DNA from: Vitrella brassicaformis CCMP3155 | Taxonomy: Eukaryota > Protista > Chromerida | Reading direction: 5' to 3' | DNA length: 64,000 nt | Assembly (NCBI GenBank): GCA_001179505.1 | Contig: CDMY01000276.1 | Location: 76,425 to 140,424 of the forward strand | In this document: positions 36,586-49,337 of the stretch, one piece after another | Position numbering within the stretch: the first letter of the stretch is position 1 | How the letters are laid out: every line of letters starts with the position of its first letter | Notes under the pieces: model-generated | Told to the model about the DNA's origin: nothing | The model's input: only the letters and a program-made list of their open reading frames with translations | Database searches by the model: none | Translations under genes and position numbers: made by a program

Positions 36586-39500
36586 ATGCGCGGCGGGACA
36601 GCCCCTATGGACTTCTCGGTCTCACGGTCAACCAACGACATTGATGAGTTCAGGTATATGGCTGGGGATGCGATGGCGTGGAGGAATGGGGGAATGGAAG
36701 ACTGCTTGGATGCGTCCTGCTGGCCCCATGACGAGTCACACACCGACGAGCTGTCGGATGCCTCTCAGAGGCAATCGCGAGACAGCCAGCGGACGGCGAT
36801 CCATCTCATCCACAGCACCAACGACAACAGAGACACACTCAAGGGGACCAAGGACGAAAGCGATGGGTAGGGGGGACGAAAACAATGATAAGAATTCTGG
36901 CTGAGGGGAATCCGTTGTCCCTTTCCAGTTCTGATGCTGAGGCGTTTCCCGAGTTCCATCCGCCTCCCTTCCCTCTGCCCCTCCCCCTGCCCATCTCCTC
37001 CATACACGGCCACTCGGCCTCGAGCACCTCGTCCCTTTCAGTGCGATCCCTCAGCGAGCCAGAGGACACGCCAAATGCGGAAAAGGAGGACCTGGAGCAG
37101 CCGCAACCACCGCCTCTACTGTTCCGGAAGGCGAGATGCAAGAAGGACAACGAGAAGAGCACCAAAGCAGCGGCCATTGAGAGGAGGGCAGAGACGGCCA
37201 ATCTCGAAGGCGTCTGTAAAGGCTTCGCCGACTCGCTTCTTTCCGTGCCAAAGAGGAGCGTCTCTTTCTGCACTGAGACGAGTGAAGAGAGCGACAGCCC
37301 GCCGGACAGAAAGAGCCCATCCCCGAAAGCCCAGCTGATCACGTCGACATCTCGGTCAACAGTCGGTGTGCCCGTCTCCGAGCTGACGTTGAGACCCATG
37401 AGTGGCGCGGGGGCCTTGGAAGAGGACAGCCTCAGCGAGCGCGAAGAGAGCCAGGAGCCGCCGCGTCCGCGGACGGCAAAGAAGAGTGGAGGGCCCGGCG
37501 ATGGCGACCACCTCCCGTCGTCCCATCACTATCTGTACTTTAATCCTGACACGTATGGTACTTCTTCGCCCTATGCCGTCCCTCTGGCCAAGAAGGCCCC
37601 CCTGGAGCTGATCGCTCTCTCCCCAGGACAGCTCAAGCTGACCGCCAAGATGCCAGCGCCATTCACCACCCCCTCCCCCCGACAGCCTACCAAGACCGGC
37701 CTCCCCACAACAGCGACCACCGCCGTCAGGGGGCCGCCATCTCGCCGACAGCAGTATCGCAGCGCCAGGACAAGACCCTCGTCCAAGAGCTTCTCAGGGC
37801 AGCCGGCGAAGAGCAGCCACGGGCCAGCATCGACAAGGCGCATGAGCACATCGGGGGCGGCACTTGACTCAGCCCTCCAGAAGGAGACAGTCTCTCGGCT
37901 GACCGGCTTGCCCTCTAAGAAGGCCGGCACAACCGCTGCTCAGTTTGAGAGGGCAGCACGGTTATTGCGGCTGTACGGCCTGACGGACAATAGCAACAAC
38001 TCCAATCGCTCGCCACATGTCAGCAGGGCTGCATCTCCGTCCACACTTGCACAATCAGGCCACAGCAGCAGAGGGGCGGTTGGCGGTGGCACCTTCCCNN
38101 NNNNNNNNNNNNNNNNNNNNNNNNNNNNNNNNNNNNNNNNNNNNNNNNNNNNNNNNNNNNNNNNNNNNNNNNNNNNNNNNNNNNNNNNNNNNNNNNNNNN
38201 NNNNNNNNNNNNNNNNNNNNNNNNNNNNNNNNNNNNNNNNNNNNNNNNNNNNNNNNNNNNNNNNNNNNNNNNNNNNNNNNNNNNNNNNNNNNNNNNNNNN
38301 NNNNNNNNNNNNNNNNNNNNNNNNNNNNNNNNNNNNNNNNNNNNNNNNNNNNNNNNNNNNNNNNNNNNNNNNNNNNNNNNNNNNNNNNNNNNNNNNNNCC
38401 CTCCCACCCTCCCCGCCCCGCCACCGCCCAAGAGAGCAGACAGAGGCGACAAAGCCGCTGTGGATCCGGCCGGCCTGTCAACTGAAGACAGCCCCGCTCA
38501 TCCAAAAGCAGACGAGTCGCCGTCGTCCGCCGCCCCTGTTCACGATCTGGACGAAGAAGAGCTCTTCCCAAAGTGTCCAATTACCTCAGAGATCGCCCTT
38601 GATGTCAATGAGTGGTCGGCTGGTCCAGATGAACCGCCAGCAGCCGCCGATGTGTCGCCTCCCAGTGTGGATGTGCTGCACGCGTTCGACGCGTCGCGCC
38701 CCGTTTCCGCCTATCGGCCGCTCACCCGACGCCGGTCCGGGGCCCGGAGCGCTGGGCCAACGAGGACGGCACGGGAATACTTCTACAAGGAGATGCAGCA
38801 GCACCAGCATCAGCACCAGCAGCAGAGACAAGAAGAGCCTCAGAGCCGCGGCGATGACCACGTCGCCGACACGTGCCGTGCTTCCACGTCTCACAATGAG
38901 GGTTTTGGTCGGTTTGGTCGATTCAACAAGCGTCGGGGCGCCCCCGTCCCTTCTGGAAGCTCACCTATGGCCAAGAGGTTAGCTAACTCGGCTCTTTTTG
39001 TCGACCCCCATCCACATGCCCACCCCCAGCCCCACCATCAGCAGCAGCAGCCTCAGCACGCCGCCCATACCACTGAGAGGAGCAAGATGATGCCCACAGA
39101 GCAGGCCTTTGGTGGTCGTGGTCTACGGTCGGGGCGTGGCAGCGGCAGCGGTGCCAGCCTGTTCTCATCTTCTCGACGGGGGGGCGCACCCACCCCCCAA
39201 CGAGCGTGGATGAGCGGCAGGGGGACTGTTGCTGCTGCTGAAATAATGAAGGTGAGCCACACAGAGAAGGAAGGGCAAGACTCGCGGCATGTAATGAACA
39301 TCGGCGTGTGCCTGTCTGTCTGTTGGTTGCAGGATGGGATGGATGAGCTGCCGTCCCGCCCCCGCCCGCCCGCCCGCAAACCCAACCCGACTCACGCAAC
39401 CGGCGGGCTATTCGGGGATGCGGCTGCACTGCAGGTGTGTATGGATGTGTGTATGACACATAAGACCTATATGTATGAGAGAGACACCGGCCAGGGTGGG

Positions 39501-40694
39501 TGGGTGCCGTTGTGTGCAGCCTGCCTTTTCCCGCCAGCCGCCGGTCGAGAAGGAGCGTCCGCCTATCCCCTTTGAGATATGGGATCTGGACCGACCGCCC
39601 AGCAGACATAAGTCACCGCCCAGGGCTCTCCATCTCGACCCACCAATCGCCCCGCAGGAGGACGCATGTGCTGCCGACCAGCCGGCGGCACACGGCGACA
39701 TGCCGGCATGGTCAGTGAGTGCGTGAGTGAGACACGAGCCGGCTGCCGTATTTCTATCTCCATCTGTGTGTTTGCGTCTGTCTGTCTGTCTGTTTGCAGT
39801 GACGACGTCTTTGTGGACACCACTGTCCCCCAGACGAGCAGCGTCGAGGCCGACCTGCGGGCAGCACCCTACCAGCCTACACCATGTACGCAACGGATGC
39901 GTGAGCACAGAAAACGAGGTCACGGCACATTCATTGGAAGCAATGTGATGCACCCGACATTCATTTATGTACGCGTGCATGTGTGTATGTATGCGGACAG
40001 CGATGGGCCCCCTGGACGGAACGAGCCCGCCCGGGACATCAAGCGAGGAGGACAGCTCGAGTGGGTCCATGGACGGGATCGTGATTTTCGACGACCTCGA
40101 CGGCACGGATGACACCGACGAACGTAAGAACATACGGGGGGGGGGGGGGGGNNNNNNNNNNNNNNNNNNNNNNNNNNNNNNNNNNNNNNNNNNNNNNNNN
40201 NNNNNNNNNNNNNNNNNNNNNNNNNNNNNNNNNNNNNNNNNNNNNNNNNNNNNNNNNNNNNNNNNNNNNNNNNNNNNNNNNNNNNNNNNNNNNNNNNNNN
40301 NNNNNNNNNNNNNNNNNNNNNNNNNNNNNNNNNNNNNNNNNNNNNNNNNNNNNNNNNNNNNNNNNNNNNNNNNNNNNNNNNNNNNNNNNNNNNNNNNNNN
40401 NNNNNNNNNNNNNNNNNNNNNNNNNNNNNNNNNNNNNNNNNNNNNNNNNNNGGGGCTGACCTGTGTGGTGTGGTGTGATGTGATGTGTATTGATTGATTG
40501 CATGTGTGGTGTGGTGGGTGTGTCGTTCAGCCGGTCCGCATTACGTGGTGGTGTCCAACAGCAGCGCCGCCAAGAAGGACCAGAAGCCAAAACAGGTAGC
40601 TATGGCCATGCTGCGTCGTGAGAGAATGAACAAGCTCAGGTTTTGTGCTGTTGGTCCACCCCCAGGTCAATTTCCAGACGTCCCTGACGGCTGA
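36586..40694 (+). CDS. large low-complexity hypothetical protein (S/P/R/Q-rich), interrupted by two assembly gaps; boundaries uncertain
   Basis: Long open coding exons either side of the first gap (ORF 36885-39575), GT/AG introns near 36868-36932 and 39250 onward. No recognisable domain. Confidence 0.55.
38099..38398. other. assembly gap (300 N)
   Basis: Run of N flanked by C-rich sequence. Confidence 0.99.
40152..40451. other. assembly gap (300 N)
   Basis: Run of N flanked by G homopolymers. Confidence 0.99.
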
Positions 40695-41319
40695 CTTCCT
40701 CAGCCTGTTCGCTTAAGTCAGTGACTGGCAGGCAGACACGTGGTGGTGTTCTTGCTCGCTGGTTGTGCGGGTGTTGCTCTGTGGGCGAAGAACGAACACG
40801 TGTGCATTTCCCGTGTCGGTTGGGGTGAATGAATACGTCACGCGTGTGGTTGATGGCTGTTTTACTTTCACACACACGTTGAGTTGATGTGTGGACATCT
40901 TGACAGGCAGACAAATGAAGGGTCGCTGGTCCCAGCCACACATCCACACTCAGACAGATGCACATGCACATGGCGATGCATCAGGCAAAACCTGTCTGTC
41001 TGTATGTATGTATGTATGTATGTCAGTTTGTCTGGCAGTGAGTAGGCGAGTCGGTCTGTACACTCAGAGGGACGCACACAGCAGTCAGACAGACAGACAG
41101 ACAGACAAACATGCATACGCACGTCTACCCACACATTAATTCAACCGCCACGTGTCCCCCCTTCTCTGCACACCCATCCCTCCCTCGCTCTCTGACTCAC
41201 CCAAGCACTGGCTAGCGCATCTACCACAGCACACGAGTGCCGGCACCTCTCCGTCGTCTGAATGAATGTGCAGTAGCCCACGAGCGGATGACATGCAGTG
41301 GCGCGTCGGTCGTCCACAG

Positions 41320-42004
41320 TCACAGGTCGAAGAGGACGTACTGCCCGTTGTTGCCCTGCCGTTTGCCGTACTCCTTCCACAGTATCGACACCTTGCGGTA
41401 CACCCACTCCTGCACACACACACACACAGACGCACAAACACACACACGACCGCGCAGCTCAATATAGTATCGCCCATCAACCCCACCCCGCCCCATCCAT
41501 CCATCCATCCAGGTATCCGCTCATGTGATCACTAACCTCCGTCATGGGCTGCTCTTCTGTTCCGACAAAGAACATGAGGAAGCCGTCAAGTTTCTCGTCG
41601 TCTGTCAGGCCGTTGGCTGGCTCGCTGACGCCCTGTGGCCCTCTCGTCGCGTGGTGCTCCACCAAAGTCTGCAAGATTCTGTCGGGGCCGAGAGAGCCTC
41701 CGTCGACACCGTGTTGTGTGGCCGCCAGCCGCTTGATGGCCCTAGCGGGGCTGAGGGCATGACGCCCGGTGCTCATCATCTGACGCAACAATAAGAGATC
41801 GTCAACCGACTGAATGAGTCGGATGTATCTCGCTGGACCATGCAGAGCTGTGGTGTCCGCAGCATCTCTCTGTCTGTCTGTCTGTAATCCATACGTACGT
41901 ACCTGGGAATTGAGCGCGTCCGTCCTCACATCGCAAACGTCGCAGGTCAGGTTTGAGCACACTTCCATCAGGAGATGATAGTGCACGATCTCACACACAT
42001 CCAT
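41320..42004 (-). CDS. small hypothetical protein, about 3 exons
   Basis: MDVCEIV...CSNLTCDVCD...NSQ|MMSTGRHALSP...GFLMFFVGTEEQPMTE|EWVYRKVSILWKEYGKRQGNNGQYVLFDL* joined by GT/AG in phase 0. Confidence 0.5.
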
Positions 42005-42031
42005 GGGCTAGGGGTGTAGGGTTACACAAGC

Positions 42032-42046
42032 AGGGTTTTAAACCCT
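42032..42046. promoter_or_regulatory. telo-box-like inverted repeat AGGGTTT-T-AAACCCT between divergent genes
   Basis: Perfect 7-bp inverted repeat of the telomere core in the short divergent intergenic region (42004 to about 42173). Confidence 0.4.
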
Positions 42047-42172
42047 TAAGCCCATCCTGGAGGAGGCAAAACTACCGCCTCCCATGGCCTCTCCCACTCA
42101 ATAAAACCCACACGCTCACCCATGGCGAGCGAGATGAGGGAGGCGCAAGAAATATCCTTACCGAACGATGTC

Positions 42173-45100
42173 TTGCACGAGATGGGCCGGCAGGTACGCA
42201 CCAGAACGAAACATCATTGACCAAACAGCAGCATGCCCTCCTGTTTGCTCTCCCAGGTGGTTGCTGAGCAGCGGCTTGCAGATGGCCTCGACAGCCACTC
42301 TGAGTCACAGCAGCCCGAATGCGTCATCACAGGCTCAGAAGGACGAGGCACACCGCACTTCGCCGTCTTGGGAGGCGATTGTGGAGCACCAGCTGTGTTC
42401 TACGTGAAGCGACGGACAGTCTGCGGTCTGAGGGAGGCGTTCCAGGTCAGATCATCACAGTGGAGATGGAGGGATGGATGCTGTTCGCAGAGATGCACGC
42501 GTGTTTGTGTGTGTCTGTGTGTGTTTGTGTGTTTGTGTGTGTGTGGTGTGCGGCAGCAAGCTCTTGCTGAGCGGGAGAAGCTACCCGAGTGGCAGCTGTG
42601 GCAGCAGCAAACACATGAGCAGCCAGGTACCCACACACCTGATCAACCCAAAGCCACGCATCCATGTGTCCGTCCATCTCTCCTGCAGACCCTGCTGCTG
42701 CTGCTGCTGCTGCATCACCAGACAACCATCACCTGCCGTCCCACGCCACGCTGCTCCGCTACGGCAGCGACCTGATTGACCTGCACTGCAGCTCTCTCAC
42801 CGACCCCAGGGACAGCACCATTGTCAGCCTCCAGTTCGCACACCTTCCTAGCACCGACACGTATGGCTTCGTGGCCCACTCTACCAAGGACGCGGTCAGG
42901 GAGGTGTTTGACTGCGGGGCGCGGGGGAGGGGCAGTGTCAGCCGCATGCATGACGCCTTCTTGCGGGCGCTGGCCTGGCGGGACGCCATGCTCAAACAAC
43001 TAGGTGGGTGGGAGAGGGAGGGACACGGGGGGGACGGAGGGGTGGGAGGGTCGTGTGCTTATTCTTGGGCTGGGGTGCGTTGTGTCGTGTCAGTAGTCAA
43101 GAGTGAGCCCGCCGCCGAGCTGAGCCTACCACTGGGTGAGTGAGCCCACCGGCACAGACACAACCACACACGGATTGGGCTGTCTGCTGCCCTTACTTGT
43201 GCCCTGTCTGTGTGTCATGTGTAATGGATTGATTATTCAGGGGAGCCAACTGGCGTGTTTGGGGCGTGTGGGATGCCGAGGTGTCCGCCAGGTGTGGACG
43301 CGGCGGTCCACCAGCTGATTGTTGAGGAGGCCAACAGACTTATCGACTCGCACCGGGCAAAGGAGGGCAAGATGGAAAACGGCGCCAGACTGCCAGGCAA
43401 GCGCCACCACGACCCACCCACCGACCCACCGACCGACCCACATTCCTACCATTTCCCTCTGTCCCCTGCCTTCCTTCCTTGTCTGTCTGCAGGGTTTCAC
43501 ATAGGGTTCCGCGTGCGCTTGGACAAGAGGCACGCCACCAATCCGTACAGCTTCTGTGTCAAGGTCTGCCTCCCCATCGCCCCCGGCGCGTCGCAGAAAG
43601 CCGACAGAAGGCGACACTTCCCCTTCCCGGGCCGGCCTGACGTGGTGGCGCGGCTGCCACAGGTGCTCGCGGAGGCCATGGCGCTCAGGGACGCCTGGAG
43701 AGACGAGGCGGCCAGGAATGTCGGTAGGGCAACAAGCTTGGTGCACCCATGGGTACCTCTAGATATCGATGTGGAGTGGTGTGTGGTGTGTGGTGTGGTG
43801 TGGTGTGGTGTGGCGTGGTGTGTTCAGCTGCTGTAGGTTCGGCGATGGCTTTGTCGGTTGAGGCAGAGGAGGCCGGCAGCGTCTCCCACTCCCACTCCCA
43901 CACGGAGGGCGCCGACCAATCCATGACCGTGACCGACATCAAAGGTCGGTCAATCCACCAACCCACACACACACAGAGATCAAGAGAGGAACAGAGTCAG
44001 ATGAGACCCCGCGCCCAGGGAAACAAACACTTCACTCTCTCCCGCTCCCCTCCTGTCTATTTCTCCCCTCTCTCCCACCCAGCCGATGCAGGTGCGTCTG
44101 ACGAGCACACCAGCCCCGTGTCGGCAACCACCCTGCCGCCTTGGATTGCCGCCCTCGACGCCAAGATCCGCCGCCGAGCGGACGACCTGATCCAGGCACA
44201 GCGCGCCAGGGAGGGGCTGCATCCCGGCGCACCCCTCTGCGTGACCTTCCATGGCTACATGCGGTCCAGTGGCAAGGGGTCCTCGAAGCGGTACAAGGGG
44301 TCCTACCGCTTCGAGAGCCACGGCGGCGGTGTGCCCAAGAGGGTGGTGTATGTGGGTGATTGCAGTGAGGACACCTACTTCGCCATGGACGGCGCCTTTG
44401 CACAGGCCGTCGCGCTCAGAGACTGCCCCAACAATGCGTTTCGGCCGAGTGGTAGGGGCTAGGGGAGGGGGCGAGAGGGGGTGGGGCTCAGGTCAGGGAA
44501 GGGGTGCTGATTTATTGCGCTTCGTGTTGCTCTCCTCAGCTGCAGACGCCAGCAGTAGTGGTGCGCCCGGACCGATCGCTACTGAGCAACCGACGGAAGG
44601 TGATAAGAGGCAACCACACAAATGCCGTTCGTTGTTTCCATGCGTATGTGTGTATGGTAGCAGTTGACGTGAGTCATCTGGCGAGGGATGCCTCCCACCT
44701 GATGGACTGTATCGCCTCCCGGCTGCCCCCCTCCATCCGCCTGTCCTTCTCCCCCCACGAGCTCTGCTGGCGCGTCATTTCCCTCACGCCCACGTGCCGC
44801 ACCACCAAGGACTACTTCATTCCCGACAGAACACCCACGGCGCTCCGCCGCACTCTGACCGTCGCCACCAACATGCTCACCAAGGCACTGGGCATCGATC
44901 TGCCCTTCCCCGGACGCATCACGGATGACCCCGAGCTGCTGCAGGATGGGCCCGATCTGCCCCTGGGACATCCCACCTACCAGTTCCAGCAGCAGCAGCA
45001 GCACCAGGAGGGGTTTGAACATGGTGGTGGTGGTGGTGGGTCGTCGGGTGTGGCGCTTTACGAGCAGTGGAGGGCGCTGCCTGGGATCCCGAGTGACAGT

Positions 45101-46460
45101 GCTCAGGGGGGCCGGGGGCAGCAGCAGCGGCCCGTGCGGCCCGTCCTCACCAAACGGCCCACTTCTCATGGCTGGAGCAAACGTATGGAAGCCAACCAGC
45201 AAAGCCAGCATGACGCATCCACTGCCTCTCTCTCTCCCTCTCCCTCTCTCATCGTCTGCTCTCTGTCTGTCTGTTTGTCAGTGCCCGAGTCGCTGCGGGC
45301 GGCCGTGACCCAGCAGTCGCGTGAGACCATCGATCGCTACAAGCAGGAGCAGCAGGCCCTGGCCCCTGACAAGAAGAGCATACCCTCCCTCAGGATCGCC
45401 TTCAAACCAGACCGAGGCCACTTCCGCGCCAAGGGCCCTCACGACATGTCAGACCGGACCTTCCCCGTTGTAGCACCCTACGGCACCGATCAGGTGGACA
45501 AGGCCTTCAGCGAGGCCCTGCTGTATCGCTGGGGCGTCATAGTCCCTGAGGAGGCTTATGCAATTCCCACTTTAGAAGAGGGGGGCGGAGAGAGCGGCAC
45601 CACCCACACCAACAAGAGGCCACACGAGGAGGGAGAGGCCGACCAGGGTACGTATGCGTTGTGGGCGTGTCGGAGGGTGTTGGTGTGACGTTGTCGATAT
45701 GTCTGTGTGTGTGGTTGCAGATGGTGCGCCTGATGGCGATGCTTGTGGGTCGTCCGAGCCTGCAAAGGCCAAGACGAAGAGGCGGAAAAGAGACAAGGGT
45801 GAGCCCCCCTGCTTCGTCGATTGCCCCTCTTTGATCCAATCTGTCTGCCTCTTTGTGTTGTGTGTTGTGTGTGTATTATGGATGTCACACAGAGGATGGC
45901 GACGGTGACGGTGATGAGGATGGTGTGTACCACAGCATGCCGGAGGCTGTGGGTGCGTCGGAGGGTTTCTCTGAGGCCTTCCAGGCCACGCACAACGACA
46001 TAAAGGCCAAGGGCAAAGAGATGGTCGGGCTGTACCGGCAGCAGCTTCAGCTGGAGGATCCCAACGCACACGCACACATATTCTTCTCTGCCGGTCAGTC
46101 AGTCAGTTTGGTCGCACACACCCCCCACGCCCATCCATCCTTATCTCTGTGTGTGTGTCTGCGTGTCTATCGGCAGAGAACGTGCCCCGCCGTGGTGTCA
46201 AATATATCTACACGTGTTGGGTCAAGCCCGTGCGTCGCCAGAAGGTGACTGTGGGAACCCTCTCCACCGACACGCTGGCTGACCAAGCCAAGACGCAGGA
46301 GCTCTACGACAAGCTTGCGAGCAAGTTCCAGGAGGCCGTGGCCATCCGACAGCAGCAGCTGGCCCTCAAGCAGACCATCTATGGCAGCTCTGCAGGCAAG
46401 GGTCGGAATGCACTCAAGGCCGGGACCACGACAGAAGAGGAGAAAGAAGCCGATGAGTGA
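42173..46460 (+). CDS. ApiAP2-like DNA-binding protein with about six divergent AP2-like domains, multi-exon (start uncertain)
   Basis: Six units of beta-rich segment plus terminal helix: AFLRALAWRDAML, LAEAMALRDAW, AFAQAVALRDC, TLTVATNML, FPVVAPYGTDQVDKAFSEALLYRWG, KFQEAVAIRQQQL. The F-x-V-x2-YG...A-x3-A-x2-[WY]R pattern resembles ApiAP2. Confidence 0.68.
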
Positions 46461-47431
46461 CTGAATGAATGGCGGGAGGGGAGGGCAGGAGGTGACTGCA
46501 TGAGCTCACGACGGACGCTGTGCTGTGCGCTGCGTGGTCGGTTGCTTACAGGGAGAGGGAGGGGGTCGTCTATGGTATTGCAATCATTATGTGCATTCAG
46601 ATCCATCCATCCATCCGTCGATGTGTGTCGCAGGCAGGGCAGGGCAGCGCAGATGGGGTGGGAGGGAGGGAGCGGCTCGGGTCTGTCTTGTGCTGCCTGC
46701 CCGAGACAGCGAGCGATTGACTGACTGACTGACTGACCGACAGGCAGGCAGGCAGGCAGGCAGTCATGAATGCACCCATTTCTCAAACAAAGAGACTCGG
46801 CCCGCCCACATGACAGACAGACAGACAGACACCAAATATGACGATTCAACAAACGTCTCACAGCGTTCGTTGCACATACCGATCGATCACTGTGCATTGC
46901 AATCCACACAGTCTCGCCTCAGCTAGTCAACTCGTCACTTTACGCGATGAAACCGAGCCATCCTGAGGAGACAGACGTCTGAAGCAATCAGCCAGCCAGC
47001 CAGCCAGCCAACCACTTTCTGATTGTTGTGCATCCAATATGTGGCCCTCGAGGCCTCTGTGTCTCCAGGTTCTATAGGAAAGGTATTGAATGTCGGCGCA
47101 TTTCTGGCGTGCCTCGTGGGTGGCAGGCAGGTGTGTCTCTCTCTCTCTCTGTCTCCATTTAGCGGAGCAAAATCATGTCTGTCCGCCTTCTACTCAGAAC
47201 ACCAGAACAACACCCACAAGCTGACGTCACATCAGCTGCCTAATGCGTCAGACACACCCACCATGCCCCCAATCCAGTAAGCGACAAATATGCCATAATG
47301 CCCTCCAATTGTAAGGCCGCTTTGTGCCTCTTCAGCCAATGACACAAACAACCACAACAGCAGCTGTCTGGCCACTATGCTTAATGTACAGCTCCCTCCC
47401 TCCCTGCCTGCCTCCTGTGTGGCCCGCTGGC

Positions 47432-49043
47432 TCAGCTCCCATGCGCTTTTGGCAGGAGTTCGTCGCCTGGGCAGGGACCCTCGGCCGCCAGGGTGATGTC
47501 GTCATCCAGATACTGGCACTGAGCCACCTTCAAAAAGCACTGATTGCTGTACGTCACATTGTTGCTGCCGCACACCGGCTCCCAGACGGCTAGACATACT
47601 GTGGCACAGGCATCTGACACACTCAACCAGAGAGAGAGGGAGACATCGGCCGGGGCTCAGATCATGCCAGCCAGTGTGAGGCAGCAACGGTCATGCATGC
47701 CCACCGTCTTGCATAACGAGACACTCTGGATCCTCGGGTTCGTCGCACATGCGCTTTGTGCAGCTGTCCTCGTCGATCAGGCCGTCATCGGTGCACTCGC
47801 ACTCACCGCATCCGTCGAACATTGACACGCAGCCTTTGGGGCATTCACGTGCCGTCGTATTGTCAAAGTCGTCCACTGCAGACACAGGTCACACATCGAC
47901 AGACCAAGCATTTCTGGTGTTCGCTGTCATATACATCCCGGTGATAGCACACCATATTCCAAACACTCCGGAGGCTCCAAGATCTCTGGTGGGCAGAATC
48001 TAAGAGTGCAGGCCGCGAGGTCGCTGTCGGGGTCGCAGTGGCAATAATTGCACCCATCGAAAAACTGCCACACATCCAAATCCCTGCCTCACTTGTGTCC
48101 CCCCTGTGTGTGTGTGTGTGGATGTATGTGATGTGTTGGGCTTGCCTGAAGGCAGCCTGGCGGGCAGAAGGGGGTCGTCAGGTTTTCATCAGGCTCTGGG
48201 GTCGTCAGATTCTTTTCATCAGGCTCTTCGACTGCAGATACACACGCGCCACACACCCACCACCAAAGCAACAAGTACACAACCACACGTCTGGGGCTCC
48301 CTTCAATTTCGGACACTTTCGCTAACCGAACCTGTACACCTGGGCGGCTTCTCAGTCCCCGGTGGGCAGAACCTCAGTGTGCATGCCTCCAGGCTGCCAT
48401 CTTCGTCACACGTACAGCTGTTACACCCGTCGAACCACAACAGGCAGCCGGGTGGGCAGATGGGGGGCTGAAGGGTCACATTGAGAGGCTTCTCGTCCAA
48501 CGCATCGCCGTCATCGGGCCCGATGAGGTCATCGTCTTTGCAAGGAGGGTCGTCCTTGCCACCGCCTCTCTTGGTGTCTGTCTTGTTGCTGTCCCGATGC
48601 CCGGCACCAGTGGCATTCCGGCAACACAGGGTGACTCGATCGTCGTTTGCCGGCGGTTCCTTGTTGAAATTGAACAGGGACTCGCTCCAGAAGCCAATCA
48701 GACGGGAGAGAGGTGCGAGGAAGGACACATCGTCGTCTCTCTCCTTGTCGCTGCTTCTTGCCTTTTTGACACCAGCTCCGACGGCCGAGAGAGTGTTCGC
48801 GTCCACACTGATGCATTCCGCAAGTGAGCACTCCTGTGTATCCTCCAAAGCCCCCGCAGCATCCTCCGTCGTGTTGAGGACGTTCAGGGCCTCTTGCAAG
48901 TCCTGACACCTCTGCACAGGCTTGCCGTTGTGGGTGAGGTGCAGCGCATTGACTCGGACGCATGACGAGGCCTCCGCAGTCAAGGCGCTGCACGTGGAGA
49001 AGAAGAAGAGGCAAATTCCCAGTCTGCAGAGGACACACAACAT
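47432..49043 (-). CDS. secreted multidomain serine-protease inhibitor: three pacifastin-like Cys modules + one Kazal domain, multi-exon
   Basis: Signal peptide MLCVLCRLGICLFFFSTCSA. CPPGCLLWFDGCNSCTC...CTLRFC, CPPGCLQ|FFDGCNYCHC...CTLRFC, CPKGCVSMFDGCGECEC...CTKRMC. Kazal CATVCLAVWEPVCGSNNVTYSNQCFLKVAQC...EGPC. Confidence 0.85.
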
Positions 49044-49337
49044 CAACAAAGGCTGACGCGACATTACGAAATGTGACGCACCTTGCGAGAAATGAGAGGC
49101 AGGTCCAGTTGGTATCCGTGCAGCTTTGCAGGCGTACCCGCGGCGAAACAAGCGCGTTCATCTTCTTCCACTTTCAACGGTCCCACACACTGTTCACGCT
49201 TAGCTCGCAATAATGGGCTAGGGTAGCCCCCAGTTAAGATCCGACCTGCCAATGAGACCAGCCGCTGTTTCCGTGATGTGGATGGCGGGCAGTGCGAGTG
49301 ATAACGTCCACCGTCAAAGAAATTGAGGCAGCTGAAG

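Noticed and set aside
36885-39575. 896-aa ORF as a single exon
   Set aside because: It reads through 300 N and into intronic sequence, so its length and continuity are artefacts of the gap.
38099-40451. Two N blocks as hidden elements
   Set aside because: Both are exactly 300 N and flanked by C/G runs, typical placeholder scaffold gaps at homopolymers.
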